Shown in pieces: positions 36,301-48,171 of a stretch of 64,000 nucleotides of DNA. A program made the translations under genes and the position numbers. Under the pieces are notes generated by a model. The model searched no databases, was not told the DNA's origin, and saw only the letters and a list, made by a program, of their open reading frames with translations. Source of the DNA: Cyanophora paradoxa CCMP329 (lineage: Eukaryota > Plantae > Glaucophyta); assembly GCA_004431415.1 (NCBI GenBank), contig QPMI01000204.1, forward strand, positions 1-64,000, in the 5' to 3' direction. Each line of letters opens with the position of its first letter. Within the stretch, counting starts at the first letter, position 1.

Positions 36301-37630
36301 CCGGCAGTTCACGGTGGCGGACATCAACGGGTCGGCGGTCTTCGTGTGCCGCTACGTGCGGGCCGGGGGCATCGCGCCGCCCCCCGAGCTCTCGACGCCG
36401 GGCAAGGTCGCCCGCTTCGTCTCCCTCATCCCCTTCCTCGAGGACGCCGCCGCCTTCAAGGGCCGCACCGACGTCTGGGCCACCTGCGAGGCCCGCCCGC
36501 CCGCCCGCCCGCCCGCCCGCCGCCCCTCGCCGCGGGGTGCGACGCCGGCGCAGGAGTTCCTGGAGCTCTCGGCGGGGGACTACGAGGAGCACGCCGTCCT
36601 CCTCTGCAACCTCCTCAACAAGCTGCTCGCCCGCGACAACAAGGGCTCCGCCTTCGTCTGCGCCGGGCGGGGCATCCCCGAGGGCAAGACCTACTACGTC
36701 CTCGTCAAGGGCAAGGAGAGCGCCGCGCCGCAGGTGTGGAACGCGCACACGGGCCGCAGCTACAGCGTCAAGGACCCCTTCTGCCCCCTCCAGGAGATCC
36801 ACTATATCTTCGACCACTCCAACGTCCGCCCGCCGCCGGCCCCGGCCCCGCCGCCCCGCGTGACGCGCCGGCGCAGATCTGGGTGAACGTGCAGGCGACG
36901 GCGGTGCCGTCGCGGATGAGCTTCAGCCTCGGGGTGGAGTCGGCGTGGAAGCCGTTCTTCGGGGCGCGCGGCTTCAAGGCGCCGGTGATGGAGTCGATCC
37001 AGGGGGAGCGGGTGCGGTACCCCGTGGCGGGGACGAAGGAGGTCCGGGAGCTCGAGGCGCGCGTCGAGCAGTACCTCATCAAGCAGTTCGAGGGCTGGCG
37101 CCTCCGCATCGGCGTCACCCAGTGGAACCGGTCCGCCCCCCCCGCCCCGCCCCGCCCCGCCTCCTCCGCGCGCCGACGGGGCGGGGGCAGGGTGTGCGGG
37201 CGCATCCTGAAGACGCTGCTGCCGGGGCTGGAGCAGGCGCGGGGCGAGGGGAGGGACCTCGCCGGCGTCCGCGAGCTCGCCCGCGGCCACGCCGACGACC
37301 TCTCCCAGGCGCGCCCCGCCCCCCCGCGCCCCGCGCCCCGCCCCGGGCGAGCCCGGGCAGGTCCTCAAGACCTACTCCATCTTCGGCTTCCCCATCAACG
37401 TCTCCTACACGGACCTCGAGTCGGTGGGGCGCGCCGTCGAGAACACCCGCATCCACGACAGGTGCCCGCGGCGTCCAGCGCCGCCCCGCGCCGGGGGCCC
37501 CGCTGACGGGCGCGCGGGGCGCAGCGACGACCGCTCCCTCGAGTTCGCGCTCGCCGTGCACGTCCACCCCTACCCCTGCCGCGTCTTCTCCATCTGGATC
37601 TACCTCGCCTCCCTCCGGCCCCTCCACTAG
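30369..37630 (+). CDS. CC2D2A: Ciliary transition-zone protein CC2D2A/MKS6 (coiled coil, C2 domains, CEP76/DRC7-type transglutaminase-like domain), more than 25 introns
   Basis: VQFSDHPLCIKED; QGFTST; VQVIRAYNLPVR; PYAEVRF..EGSSPQWNE; ERRWLGSFSL|PFTTLY..IEGTF; VARFVSLIPF; AGDYEEHAVLLCN; FALAVHVHPYP..SIWIYLASL*. Confidence 0.93.
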
Positions 37631-38260
37631 CGGCCTCCGAGCCCTCTGCGCCACCTCCGCCTCCTCCCGCCCTTCACTTCCTCGCCCTGAAGCGACCCCT
37701 CCCTGCAGCTGCCCGCCCCCGCTTTAACGGGGGGCGCGCCACCCCTATCGCTATCGCAATCGTCGCTGTGAAGGCTCCGCAGGCAGCGACCGTTCATAGT
37801 GCTAGTTTTCAATTGTCGTCGTGCGTATACATTCTTGATCACAGAAAAAGCAAAACTGCTGCCTTACTGAGGAAAAATTGCGCGGGTCAGATATTACTAT
37901 GATATCAAGAAAGGCTCAGAACTAGCTATAGCTGCACAGTGCGAGCCTCGAATGGGTTCAATTTGGATTACAGGCTACGTCGTAAACTACTGCATATGCG
38001 AAGTATACGTACGAATACGGAAGGTGATTATCGGAAGAATTTGAAATGCGTGGAAAAACGCAGTTTGAAGAGAGATCCTTGAAAGAACTCTGGATGCATA
38101 TGTACATGCAAAAAGTTGCACGAGCACACAGAAAAGCCCCGCGCGGGAAAATCCACAAGGGACAAAAAGCACGGCGGTTACGACGGAGGGCGTGCGGGCC
38201 GAAGGGCGCGCCGGACGGGCCGACCGGCAGCGAACGGGCGGGGAAGAGCTGCGCTCAGGG

Positions 38261-40702
38261 TCAGCCGAGCGGAGAAGGGACGAGGGGGGTGCCACGCACA
38301 GTCGAGCTCCGCGCCGAACGTCGGCGAGACGGGGCTCGGGGCGGACTGCGCCAATACGGCGTCAGGCGGGGCGCGAGGGTCGCGCGGAGCGGCAGGCGGC
38401 AGACCCGCGTGCGGGGCGGCGGGAACGAGGGGTCGAAAGACGGCTTGGGGGACTGCGGGGCGGGCCGTCAGAGGGGGCGGGGCGGGGCGAGGGGGGGCGG
38501 GGGCACCTGGAGGGAGAGGGTGCGCTCGAGGTCGGAGCCGAGCGGGGTGAGGCAGCGGAGGCCGAGGGCCCTAATCCCGCCCCCGCCGGCCCCGTCGTCC
38601 CGTCGAAGAGCGGCACCGGCGTCGCCGCGGCGCGGGCCGAGCCGGCGATCGCGCGCAGGGCGGGGGACGGGCACGGGGAGGCGGCCGGGGAGGCCGGCGG
38701 GGGCGAGGCGCGCTCGAGGAGGCCGAGCCGGCCGGAGCGGAGCGGGCGAGGGGCGCGCAGGAGACGGGGCCACGCGGGGCGCGGGGAGGGCGGAGGTGGC
38801 GGAGCGGGTGCGGCCCATCAGTGCGGCCTCGACGTCGGGGCTCGCCCCGCGCGGGCTTTGCATCCCCGCCCGCCCCGCCACCGGCGACGGGCACGGCGAG
38901 CTCCCCAGCGAGCCGGCCGGCAGGCTCACCCGCACCACCCGCGAGCGCGGCGCCTCGTCCACCGCCGACACTGCAGCGCGCCGGCGTCAGACGTCGACGC
39001 AGGGCGGGGGACGGCGGGCCGGGGCGGACCGGCGCTCGGAGAGGGCGAGCGGCCGCGGGCGGCCGCATCCTTGGCGGCAGCCGGCGAGGGCGGGATCCTG
39101 CGGCGGCCGATCAGAGCGCGGGGCGGCGGGGCGGCGGGGGCGGCGCACTTCTCCTCGGGGATGGGGGGGATCCGGGCGGCGGGGGCCGAGGCGAGGCGGA
39201 CGAGGGGCTCGCCGGTGAGCGGGTCCTGCGTCACCGTCACCATCCGGATGTTCCCGCTCGACTTCCTCCGCCCCAGCACCGGCGACGCCGCCGGCGCCGG
39301 CGACGCTGCCCCGGCGTGTAAGCGGCGGCGCGGCGTGCGGCGGCGCCGGCCGGCACCTGTGGCGGATCGCGGGTCGCGCTTCACGTATTGCCCGATGGCC
39401 GCGGTGAGAATCGCGTCCACTGCCGCCGACGGGTCCGGCCCGCTCGCCCCGCTGCGCGCCCTCGTCGGCGAGGGCGACGGGCGGGGCCGGGCTGGCAAGG
39501 CGCCGGGGCCGCACGTGACCCTGGGGCTCATTCTCGCGCTCTCGGACATGCAGCCGACGGAGGCGGAGCGCCGGTGAGCGGCGGAGGCGGTCGGAGAGCC
39601 GACGGACATCGACAACGGGGAGCACTTGCCCGACGCCGGCGTCCGCGCCCGCTTCGCCGGCGACGGCGCCGATTGGCCGCAATCCTCCGAGAACAGAGAT
39701 CGCTTTGGGCTGAAGATGGTGAGGTCCGAAGCCGACGCGGGCCCTGGAAACGAGCGGTGAGACCCGGAAGGAACCAAGACAGGAAGAAGCGTACTTCGGG
39801 AGGCGCAGCTGATCGGTTTCGATGATGCAAAAGAAGCGGACGTTACGTGACTGAAGATTGAAGTGATGGGCGCAGCGGGCAAGCCTGCGGCGTGAAAGGG
39901 TACGAAAGTGAGATGATGAGGCACTGCGAAGCAGAAAGAAGACATGTAAAGGACGTCTGCACCGCTGTTGACTGACACAGCGCGCTTGAGAGGCTTCGAT
40001 TCCTCGGCGGGACCCCCTGAGCGGCAAGAGCGCCTCAAAACCTCTGGCAGGCTGGCGCACGCGACTCGGCGAGACCGCGACACGCACACTGAGTAACATC
40101 GACGTGCAGCTCTTCAACAACGGGGCCCGTCGCAGCAATCGCGGCGGGCCACTTGTCTGTGGTGCAGGGGGCAATCAGCTGGCGTGCGTTCGTCACAGAA
40201 AACGGCGGAGCGGCGCAGACCTTCCAAAGAGGGACACTCGAGTGAGCTTTCGTTGCCCAGTAGATCTTCGAGTTCGGGGTCCTGATCACGCATTTCGGCG
40301 TCCGCGACGCCAGCATCGGCTGCGCGACGCGCGGGGGGGGGGGCGTTCAGCGATGGTGTTGCGCTCAGAGCAGCATATAGATGATAAGGAATGATCGCTA
40401 GACGGCAGACGCCGCGTCGAACGCCGGCAGCGGCGCGTTGGAGAACGTGAAACTTCGGCCGTTTATCGAGCCGTCCCGGATCACGCGGCGACGAATGACG
40501 CACGAAGCAAGTCATTGCTGAACAATAGCGCTTCCGCCAGTTCGCCGTCGAGAGAGAGCGTCGCGTTGAGGAGGTTCAAGGTGGCGTTGTGCTGGGCCTG
40601 GCCGGCGGGCGCGACCGATGAAGACAACGCTGGATGATCGATGTACAGGTCGTCGTCCAGCGCCGCTCCGCCGAGGAACTCATCGATCCCCAGGCCTGCC
40701 AT
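38261..40702 (-). CDS. Hypothetical Ser/Pro-rich multi-exon protein, copy 1
   Basis: ATG 40702 MAGLGIDEFLGG...; long low-complexity exons with GT/GC-AG introns; no recognisable domain; exon structure uncertain. Confidence 0.5.
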
Positions 40703-41296
40703 CGTACGATTTCCCTGCGTCGCTCGCAGACGGTGCTGGCCGCTGCTGGCGAGCGTGAACTTCACAGCGTGGAACAGGCGTCGACGTCGCTCGCGAAGCC
40801 AACGTTCACAAGGTGACTCCTCTAGCCGCTGCAGTCGATGCGGATCCGGCCGAGTTAGTCCAAGCCAGCGGTACCCCCCTGGAGGCTTGCAAAAATCGAA
40901 GCGTCGCGCGACTAATCTATGTCAATATTGCCCTGCATATGCATGCGCAAGCAAATAAGCGCTAGCCTAGTAGCGCCGGCGCCGGCCCCCGCCGCCGACG
41001 CGGCGTTTCATTTACGCTTATTATACGTATACGTATACTGCAGCAGTGTTAGCGCTAGCGCAAGCTGTACTCCGGTCGACCGGGCCGTCGACGTCTCATA
41101 TTGATCATGAATTTGAATAACTTGTACGCTGCTAGCAGCGTACGTACCGAGTACGGAATCCTACTAGGCTACGGATCTAGAGCTAGACCGTCGGACTCCG
41201 GATCGTCTCAGATTCGTCTGCCGCATGCGCAGTGGCGTGGGCCGTCGTGCCGCGCGTACGGTGCACGTGGCCATGGACCCCGCCCGGGGCCTGGGT

Positions 41297-41624
41297 TCAC
41301 TTCTTGAACCACTTGGGCTTCTTGGGCGCGTCGCCCTGCCCGCCGGCCGCGCCGCCTTCCCGCTCGTAGTCGCGGCGCGGGGGCGCGGGGCCCGGCGCCG
41401 CCTCCGCGGGGCCGGCCTGCGACTCTGCGGCGACGGCCTGCGGGGCGGGGCGTGAGGGGGGCGGGGGAGGGGGCGGGGCGGGGCGCGCCCGCGGGATCTC
41501 CTCGACGGTGAGGTCCTCGGCGGTCGCGAGCAGGGCCTCCCGCAGGAAAAGGCCCCCCGTCTGGCCGTCAGCGCCGCGTCGGGCGGGGCGGAGCGGGGCG
41601 GGGCGGGGTGACGCGGGGCGGGGC
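41297..41624 (-). pseudogene. Orphan copy of the last two TUG exons
   Basis: GGLFLREALLATAEDLTVEEIP..KKPKWFKK*. Homology to 45791-46100 ends at the stop codon, and the upstream acceptor is mutated (cag to ctg). Confidence 0.8.
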
Positions 41625-41899
41625 CCGTCTGCCCGGGAGAGGCCCGTTCGCAAAGCAGCCGCGGAGGAGAACGCGGGCCTGCTGGCGCCAGCGCCGGCAG
41701 AGCTCGAGGGGGGGATTGAGCGCGAGGTCGACTTCCACGTCGGGCCGGCGGTCGCCCGACACGTCACGGCGTTGAGAAGCTCGGCAAACGGAGTCCACTG
41801 ACGTCGATGCCCGACGGACCGGCGACGGTCGCGTCTAGCGTGATGACGAATACGTACACGCACGTGCATGCACGCCGGAGAGCTCCGGGGCTCCGGGGC

Positions 41900-43499
41900 T
41901 CAGGGGCCGAGCAGCTCGACGCGGGAGCTCGGCAGGAGCCGACGAAGCGAGCCGAGGGTCCTGCCCTGCTCGACATGCTCCGCCGTCTCTCGGAGGCTGA
42001 CCTTCTCCCTCAGGAGGCGAACCTGAGGGGGGTAAGATTGGGAGGGGGTACGTGTGCAGGGGGTGCGGCGTGGACCTCGAGGCGGGCGCCCAACGGTGCG
42101 AGGGCCGCGAGGACCTCGTCCCCTGGGGGCAGGTCCCCTTGGTAGCAGGAGAAGGGGAGCGAGAGGAGGACCGACTCGAGCGGGGGCCCGCGGGCGGCGA
42201 GGGCTGCGAGATCGCCCGCGGCCGGCGGCTCCTTCACGGTCAGGGCCAGGGAGCGCAGGACCGCCCCGGCGCCCTCCAGTAGCGGGGGCAGGAAGCCCCC
42301 AGGGGGCGCGGTCACGTCTGCGCGAGAGGTACGATTACAGCTCGTCTGCGAACGATAATGGGGCACGCACCGGATTCAAACTCGAGGTGGAGGGTGGCGA
42401 GAGACGATCGGCGGACGGCCTCTCCTAGGCGTGACAAGTAGCTCCCCCAGGTTGTGTGATCTAAAATTAGCCGGGCCTCCCTTAGGGGCCCTTGCTGCTC
42501 CAGGCCACTCCACAGCTTCGGTGCCTCTTCAAGCCTGCGGGCCCGGGAGGAGAGGGGGGGGGGGTTAGCAAGGGGTAGGGGTCGAACCGGGGTACACGCA
42601 CGAGACGAAGAGCTTGGAAGCGACGCGCTCGAGACGGGGGAAGGAGAAGAGGGCTGCGGTCCCTTCGGGGTTGTACCGGTCCAGCCGAATCTTTTCCCTG
42701 CGGGGAGAGCGTCAGTTGGTGGATGGGTACAGATATCAGGGAGAGCGGAAGGGGGTGCGGCGAACCCGAGCTCGAGGGAGCGGAGGGAGGTGCCGGCGGG
42801 CGTTCCGACGAGGGATTTGAGATAGCTGCCTTTGGTGGAGCTGCCGGGGCAGCGGATGGCGAGGTCCTCCAGCGGGAGGGCCGAGAGCTGCCGCAGGACG
42901 AGGTCGGCGTTACGCTTGCCCCATTGACCGACGAGGTCGACGCCGAAGCTGAGCCGCCGGAGCCGCGGGCAGCGCGCCGCGATCTCCCGCGCTGCGTCGT
43001 CGCGGGTGTGCAGCTCCGGCGGGAGGTGCAGGCCGGTGAGGCGGTGGAGCCCCGGCGGCGCTCCGCCCAGCGCCTCACGGAGCGTGTCGACTGTCAGGAG
43101 ATTATCATCGACCGTCAGCGCCGCTTCGAAGCTCTCCGCGCCGCCCGCCGCCGGCGCCGCGGCCGCCGCGCAGGCCTCGACAACGCCCGCCGCTGCTCCG
43201 AACAGCTGCAGCACTTCGTCTCGCATCGCCTGGCGCCGTGCCCGCTTCAACGTGATGCTCACAGCGTCCGACCGCACTCGCCCGTCCCGCACCAGCGCCG
43301 CCAGCCGCTCAAGCGCGGCCGGGTCGTCGGCGGTGCCGACACTCCGGAGCTCGCCACGCCACGCCACGCCGCCCTCGACGGCATCTCGAAGGCGGCGGCA
43401 CGTACGCCGCGCGGTCCACGCGCCCGTGAGGCCAACGAGCTGCAGGATCTTCTCTAAGATGCCCTCGGGAAGGTCCAGCAACCAGCTTGAGTGCTGCAT
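41900..43499 (-). CDS. F-box/LRR-like protein A, copy 1
   Basis: LLDLPEGILEKILQLV..ARRTCRRLRDAV (F-box); CPRLRRLSF, LEDLAI, LRSLEL (LRR-like); spliced end RVELLGP*. Confidence 0.78.
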
Positions 43500-43748
43500 A
43501 TCGCGCGCCGTGGCAGCGTGTCATCAAGGACGATGAAGGAGAGCGAGCCAACGCTAGCTGCGGTTAATACCGTTGGCTCGCAGCTGCAGAGGACTCTGCC
43601 CTCTGAGACAGCTTAGAGTCGGGAGCCGGAGGACTCCGGGAGGACCCGGCCGCGGAGGACTCCGGGAGGTCCGGGGAGGAGGCTGGGGGGTACGTCAACG
43701 CGTGGGGACGTACGCAGTGCCAGCAGCACGGGCTCCATTGCTTGGGGC

Positions 43749-45344
43749 ATGGAGCAGTCGCGCATTTCGCTGCTGGACCTGCCCGACGATCTTCTTGTGA
43801 GCGTTCTGCAGTTTGTGGGCCTCGCGAAATCGTGGACCACGCGGAGTACGTGCCGCCGCATCCGCGACGCTGTCGAGCGCTGCACGTGGGGGGGCGAGCT
43901 CCGGGCGGCCGGCGCCGCGGACGACCCGGCCGCGCTGGAGCGGTTGGCGGCGCTGGTGCGGGACGGGCGAGTGCGGGCGCGGGCGGACGCTGTGAGCATC
44001 ACGTTGAAGCCGGGACTTCGGCGGCGCGAGACGAAGGAAGTCGCGGTGCTGCGGCTGTTCGTAGCGGCGGCGGCCGTGGTTGAGGCCTGCGCGGCAGCCG
44101 CGGCGCCCGCGGCGGGCGGCGCGGCAAGCTTCGAAGCGTCGCTGGCGGTCGAGGAAAAGTTTTTCCCAGCCAGCACGCTTCACGAAGCGCTGAGCGGAGC
44201 GCCGCCGGGGCTCGATCGCCTCACCGGCCTACACCTCCCGCCGGATCCGAAGCTGTACATAAGCGAGAATATGGCGCAGCTGATAGCCGCGAAGTGTCCG
44301 CGGCTCCGAAGCCTCAGGATTGCCGTCCAGGGTCGCTGGGGTCAGCTGCATCAGAACATGGACCGCTTTTTGGGCCATCTCTCGGCCCTCTCGCTGGAGC
44401 ACCTCCTCGTTCGGTGCCCCGCTCGCATCCAAGGCAGCCATCTCGAGGTCCTCGTCGGCACGCCCGCCGGCCGCTGCCTCCGCTCCCTCGAGCTCGGGTG
44501 GGACATACCCATCCCCGCGCACTCCTGTACCCCCTTATGCGCTTCTGGGAAAAGGGATAGGGTCCGGCTGCACAGCGACGGGATTCGAGCCCTGTTCTCC
44601 CTCCCTCGCCTCGAGCGCATCGCTTCGAAGCTCTTAGTCTCGTGCGTGTACCCCCCCGCCCGCCCGGTGCACCCCGTACCCCTTGCTCATCTCCCCGGTC
44701 CCGCAGGCCGGAGGCGGCAGCGGCGCTGTGGAGGGGTCTGGAGCGGCAAAAAGCCCTGAGAGCCGCCCAGCTAATTTTAGATCACACAACCTGGGGGAGC
44801 TACTTGTCGCGCCTAGGAGAGGCCGTCCGCCGATCGTCTCTCGCCACCCTCCACCTCGAGTTCGAATCCGGTGCGTGCCCCATTACCGTTCGCAGACGAG
44901 CTGTAATCGTACCGCCCGTGCAGACGTGACCGCGCCCCCTGGGGGCTTCCTGCCCCCGCTACTGGAGGGCGCCGGGGCGGTCCTGCGCTCCCTGGCCCTG
45001 ACCGTGAAGGAGCCGCCGGCCGCGGGCGATCTCGCAGCCCTCGCCGCCCGCGGGCCCCCGCTCGAGTCGGTCCTCCTCTCGCTCCCCTTCTCCTGCTACC
45101 AAGGGGACCTGCCCCCAGGGTACGAGGTCCTCGCGACCCTCGCACCGTTGGGCGCCCGCCTCGAGGTCCGCGCCGCACCCCCTGCACACGTACCCCCTCC
45201 CAATCTTACCCCCCTCAGGTTCGCCTCCTGAGGGAGACGGTCAGCCTCCGAGAGACGACGGAGCATCTCGGGACCCTGGAGGCGTTCCGGCAGCTGCTCC
45301 CAGACGCCCGCGTCGAGCTGCTCAAGGCCCCTAGCTATATATAG
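43749..45344 (+). CDS. F-box/LRR-like protein B, copy 1 (inverted paralog of A)
   Basis: LLDLPDDLLVSVLQFV..RSTCRRIRDAV; CPRLRSLRI; spliced end RVELLKAPSYI*. Confidence 0.78.
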
Positions 45345-45790
45345 ATAACAACAAGAGGTTAATTGCCGCTGTGCAGCTGCCTGTTCAACTGCTGTTTAAA
45401 ACAATAACAAGATCTGTACATGTACATTCATGATTGTGTTCCATTGCAAATTGCGCTGCGTTATCAGTTATCAATATGCATCGCCCGGTCACTTGGCGGC
45501 CAGGCCTGTCGCCGAGTCGATCGCGACGTCACTGAGTCAGTGCATGCAGTGCGCGTGCGCGTGCCCCTGCCTAAAGCGTGCTAGCCCGCCGGCGCCGTGA
45601 CGTTCAACGGTTCTTTCATGATGTGCCACAGCCGTTGAGATGCAGCGTGCTCGATATCGATATCAATTTCGACTGCGCATGCGCATACACGCACAGCCGC
45701 TGAGCACCAGTTGCAGCCGCGTCGGTCTGGTCGACGCCCTATGTTGCATAAATGATCGCTGCTGTGTTCTTCGTGCATCCGGCCCCAGGC

Positions 45791-47398
45791 TCACTTCTTG
45801 AACCACTTGGGCTTCTTGGGCGCGTCGCCCTGCCCGCCGGCCGCGCCGCCTTCCCGCTCGTAGTCGCGGCGCGGGGGCGCGGGGCCCGGCGCCGCCTCCG
45901 CGGGCCGGCCTGCGACTCTGCGGCGACGGCCTGCGGGCGGGGGCGTGAGGGGGCGGGGAGGGGCGGGGGCGGGGCGCGCCCGCGGGATCTCCTCGACGGT
46001 GAGGTCCTCGGCGGTCGCGAGCAGGGCCTCCCGCAGAAAAAGGCCCCCGTCTGGCCGTCTGCGCCGCGTCGGGCGGGGCGGGGCGACGCGGGGCGGGGCG
46101 GGCGCGCCTTCGAAGGCGAAGTTGAGGAGGGTGGCGGCTGCGTGCGCTCGCGGGTTACGCGTGGCGGGGTGGCGCGAGGAGGGCCCCTCACGCGTGAGGC
46201 CCGCCGCGTGCACGCTCGTCCCCGACTCCGCCACGCGCTGCACCGGGGGCGCCACGTCTGCGAGCTGTGAGGGCCGGCGGGGCGGGGCGGGGCGGGGCGG
46301 GGCGGGCACAGAGGTAGAAGGGGCGCGGGGCGGCGAGGCGCTGGCGGACGAAGTCGTAGACGTCCGCGACGCGCTCCCGCGCCGCGAAGGTCCCCTGCAG
46401 CACGAACCGGTCCGGGAAGCGCACGCGGATCAGGCACTGCGCGCCCCGCCCGCCGGTCAGGGCGCGGGGCGGCGGGGGGCGGCGGGGCGGGCGGGCCTTG
46501 GCGTAGCGGCGGCGGCGGCGGGCCTCCATCTCCTCCCGCAGCTTGCGCGTGAGCAGGAGGTCGCCGTCGCTGCGCGGGCCTCGCGCGGGGCGCGGGGCGC
46601 GGGGGCGGCGCGTGGCGCGGGGCGGGCCTGGCGTGGGCGGCGCGCTGGACGATGGCGAGGTCCTCGACGGTGAACTCGAAGAAGTCGTCGGGGACCTCGA
46701 AGCGCCCCGGGTCGGGGCCCCCCGCCGCCGGCCGCAGCACCCGCGCCTCCCGCTCGCACGTCGCCGGGCCCACCGGCCCCTCGTCCCCCCGGCCCCCCGG
46801 CCCCGCCGCCCCCGCGCCACTGGCTGGGGCGCCGGCTGGGCGGAGGGGCCGGGGCGCGGGGCCGGTGCGGGGGCCGGGGCGGGTGCGGGTGCCGGGGCGG
46901 GGGCGGCCGGCTGGGCGGGCTTCGGGGGCATCTTGAACTGGGCGAAGTCGGGGTTGATGCGCACGTCGCGGCTGGGCTCCCCCGGCGGGGCGCGGGCGCC
47001 GAGGGCCGGCCGAGGGCCCGGGGCGGCCTCGGGGAACTTGAAGTTGGCGAACTCGGGGTTGCGCGCCGGGGCGTGCACGAGGACGGCGTTGTCCGCCCCG
47101 CCCGCTGCTCCCCCGCCGCCGGGAACTTGAAGTGCGCGAACTCCGCCGCCACGCCCCGCGGCGCGTCCGACCGCGCCACGTCCTCCCCCGCCGCCTCCGC
47201 CGCCCGCCCCGCCGGGCCGGGCCGGGGCCGGGGCGGGGCGGGGCGGGCGGGGCGGGGCGCGGGGGCCGGAGGGATTCGGCGGTGGCGATCTCGAGGCGGG
47301 CGTCCTCGAGGGAGAGGCCCGAGGGGGCGAAGGCGACGCGATCTCGAGGCGGGCGTCCTCGAGGGAGAGGCCCGAGGGGGCGAAGGCGACGCGGAAGA
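45791..47398 (-). pseudogene. 5'-truncated TUG copy (UBX half only) created by the tandem duplication
   Basis: Lacks the UBL exons present at 57030-57817 and carries a 53-bp frameshifting duplication at 47285-47390. Confidence 0.8.
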
Positions 47399-47928
47399 GG
47401 GGCGCGCCACCCCTATCGCTATCGCAATCGTCGCTGTGAAGGCTCCGCAGGCAGCGACCGTTCATAGTGCTAGTTTTCAATTGTCGTCGTGCGTATACAT
47501 TCTTGATCACAGAAAAAGCAAAACTGCTGCCTTACTGAGGAAAAATTGCGCGGGTCAGATATTACTATGATATCAAGAAAGGCTCAGAACTAGCTATAGC
47601 TGCACAGTGCGAGCCTCGAATGGGTTCAATTTGGATTACAGGCTACGTCGTAAACTACTGCATATGCGAAGTATACGTACGAATACGGAAGGTGATTATC
47701 GGAAGAATTTGAAATGCGTGGAAAAACGCAGTTTGAAGAGAGATCCTTGAAAGAACTCTGGATGCATATGTACATGCAAAAAGTTGCACGAGCACACAGA
47801 AAAGCCCCGCGCGGGAAAATCCACAAGGGACAAAAAGCACGGCGGTTACGACGGAGGGCGTGCGGGCCGAAGGGCGCGCCGGACGGGCCGACCGGCAGCG
47901 AACGGGCGGGGAAGAGCTGCGCTCAGGG

Positions 47929-48137
47929 TCAGCCGAGCGGAGAAGGGACGAGGGGGGTGCCACGCACAGTCGAGCTCCGCGCCGAACGTCGGCGAGACGG
48001 GGCTCGGGGCGGACTGCGCCAATACGGCGTCAGGCGGGGCGCGAGGGTCGCGCGGAGCGGCAGGCGGCAGACCCGCGTGCGGGCGGCGGGAACGAGGGGT
48101 CGAAAGACGGCTTGGGGGACTGCGGGGCGGGCCGTCA

Positions 48138-48171
<34 letters not shown>

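Larger units (their letters stand above)
37731..47398. repeat. Tandem segmental duplication, copy 1 (~9.67 kb)
   Basis: Sequence from ggggcgcgccacccctatcg (37731) recurs at 47399 (offset 9668). The differences I saw are almost all homopolymer indels. Confidence 0.96.

Noticed and set aside
32423-37524. Introner transposon family
   Set aside because: Introns share low-complexity composition only; I saw no alignable family, TIRs or consistent TSDs.
44858-44875. tRNA T-loop-like gttcgaatcc
   Set aside because: Lies within F-box coding sequence with no cloverleaf.
48140-48168. Long poly-G runs (also ~69-88 and ~11903-11928)
   Set aside because: The duplicate at ~38473-38503 is an interrupted ggggc array, so these are probably base-calling collapses.
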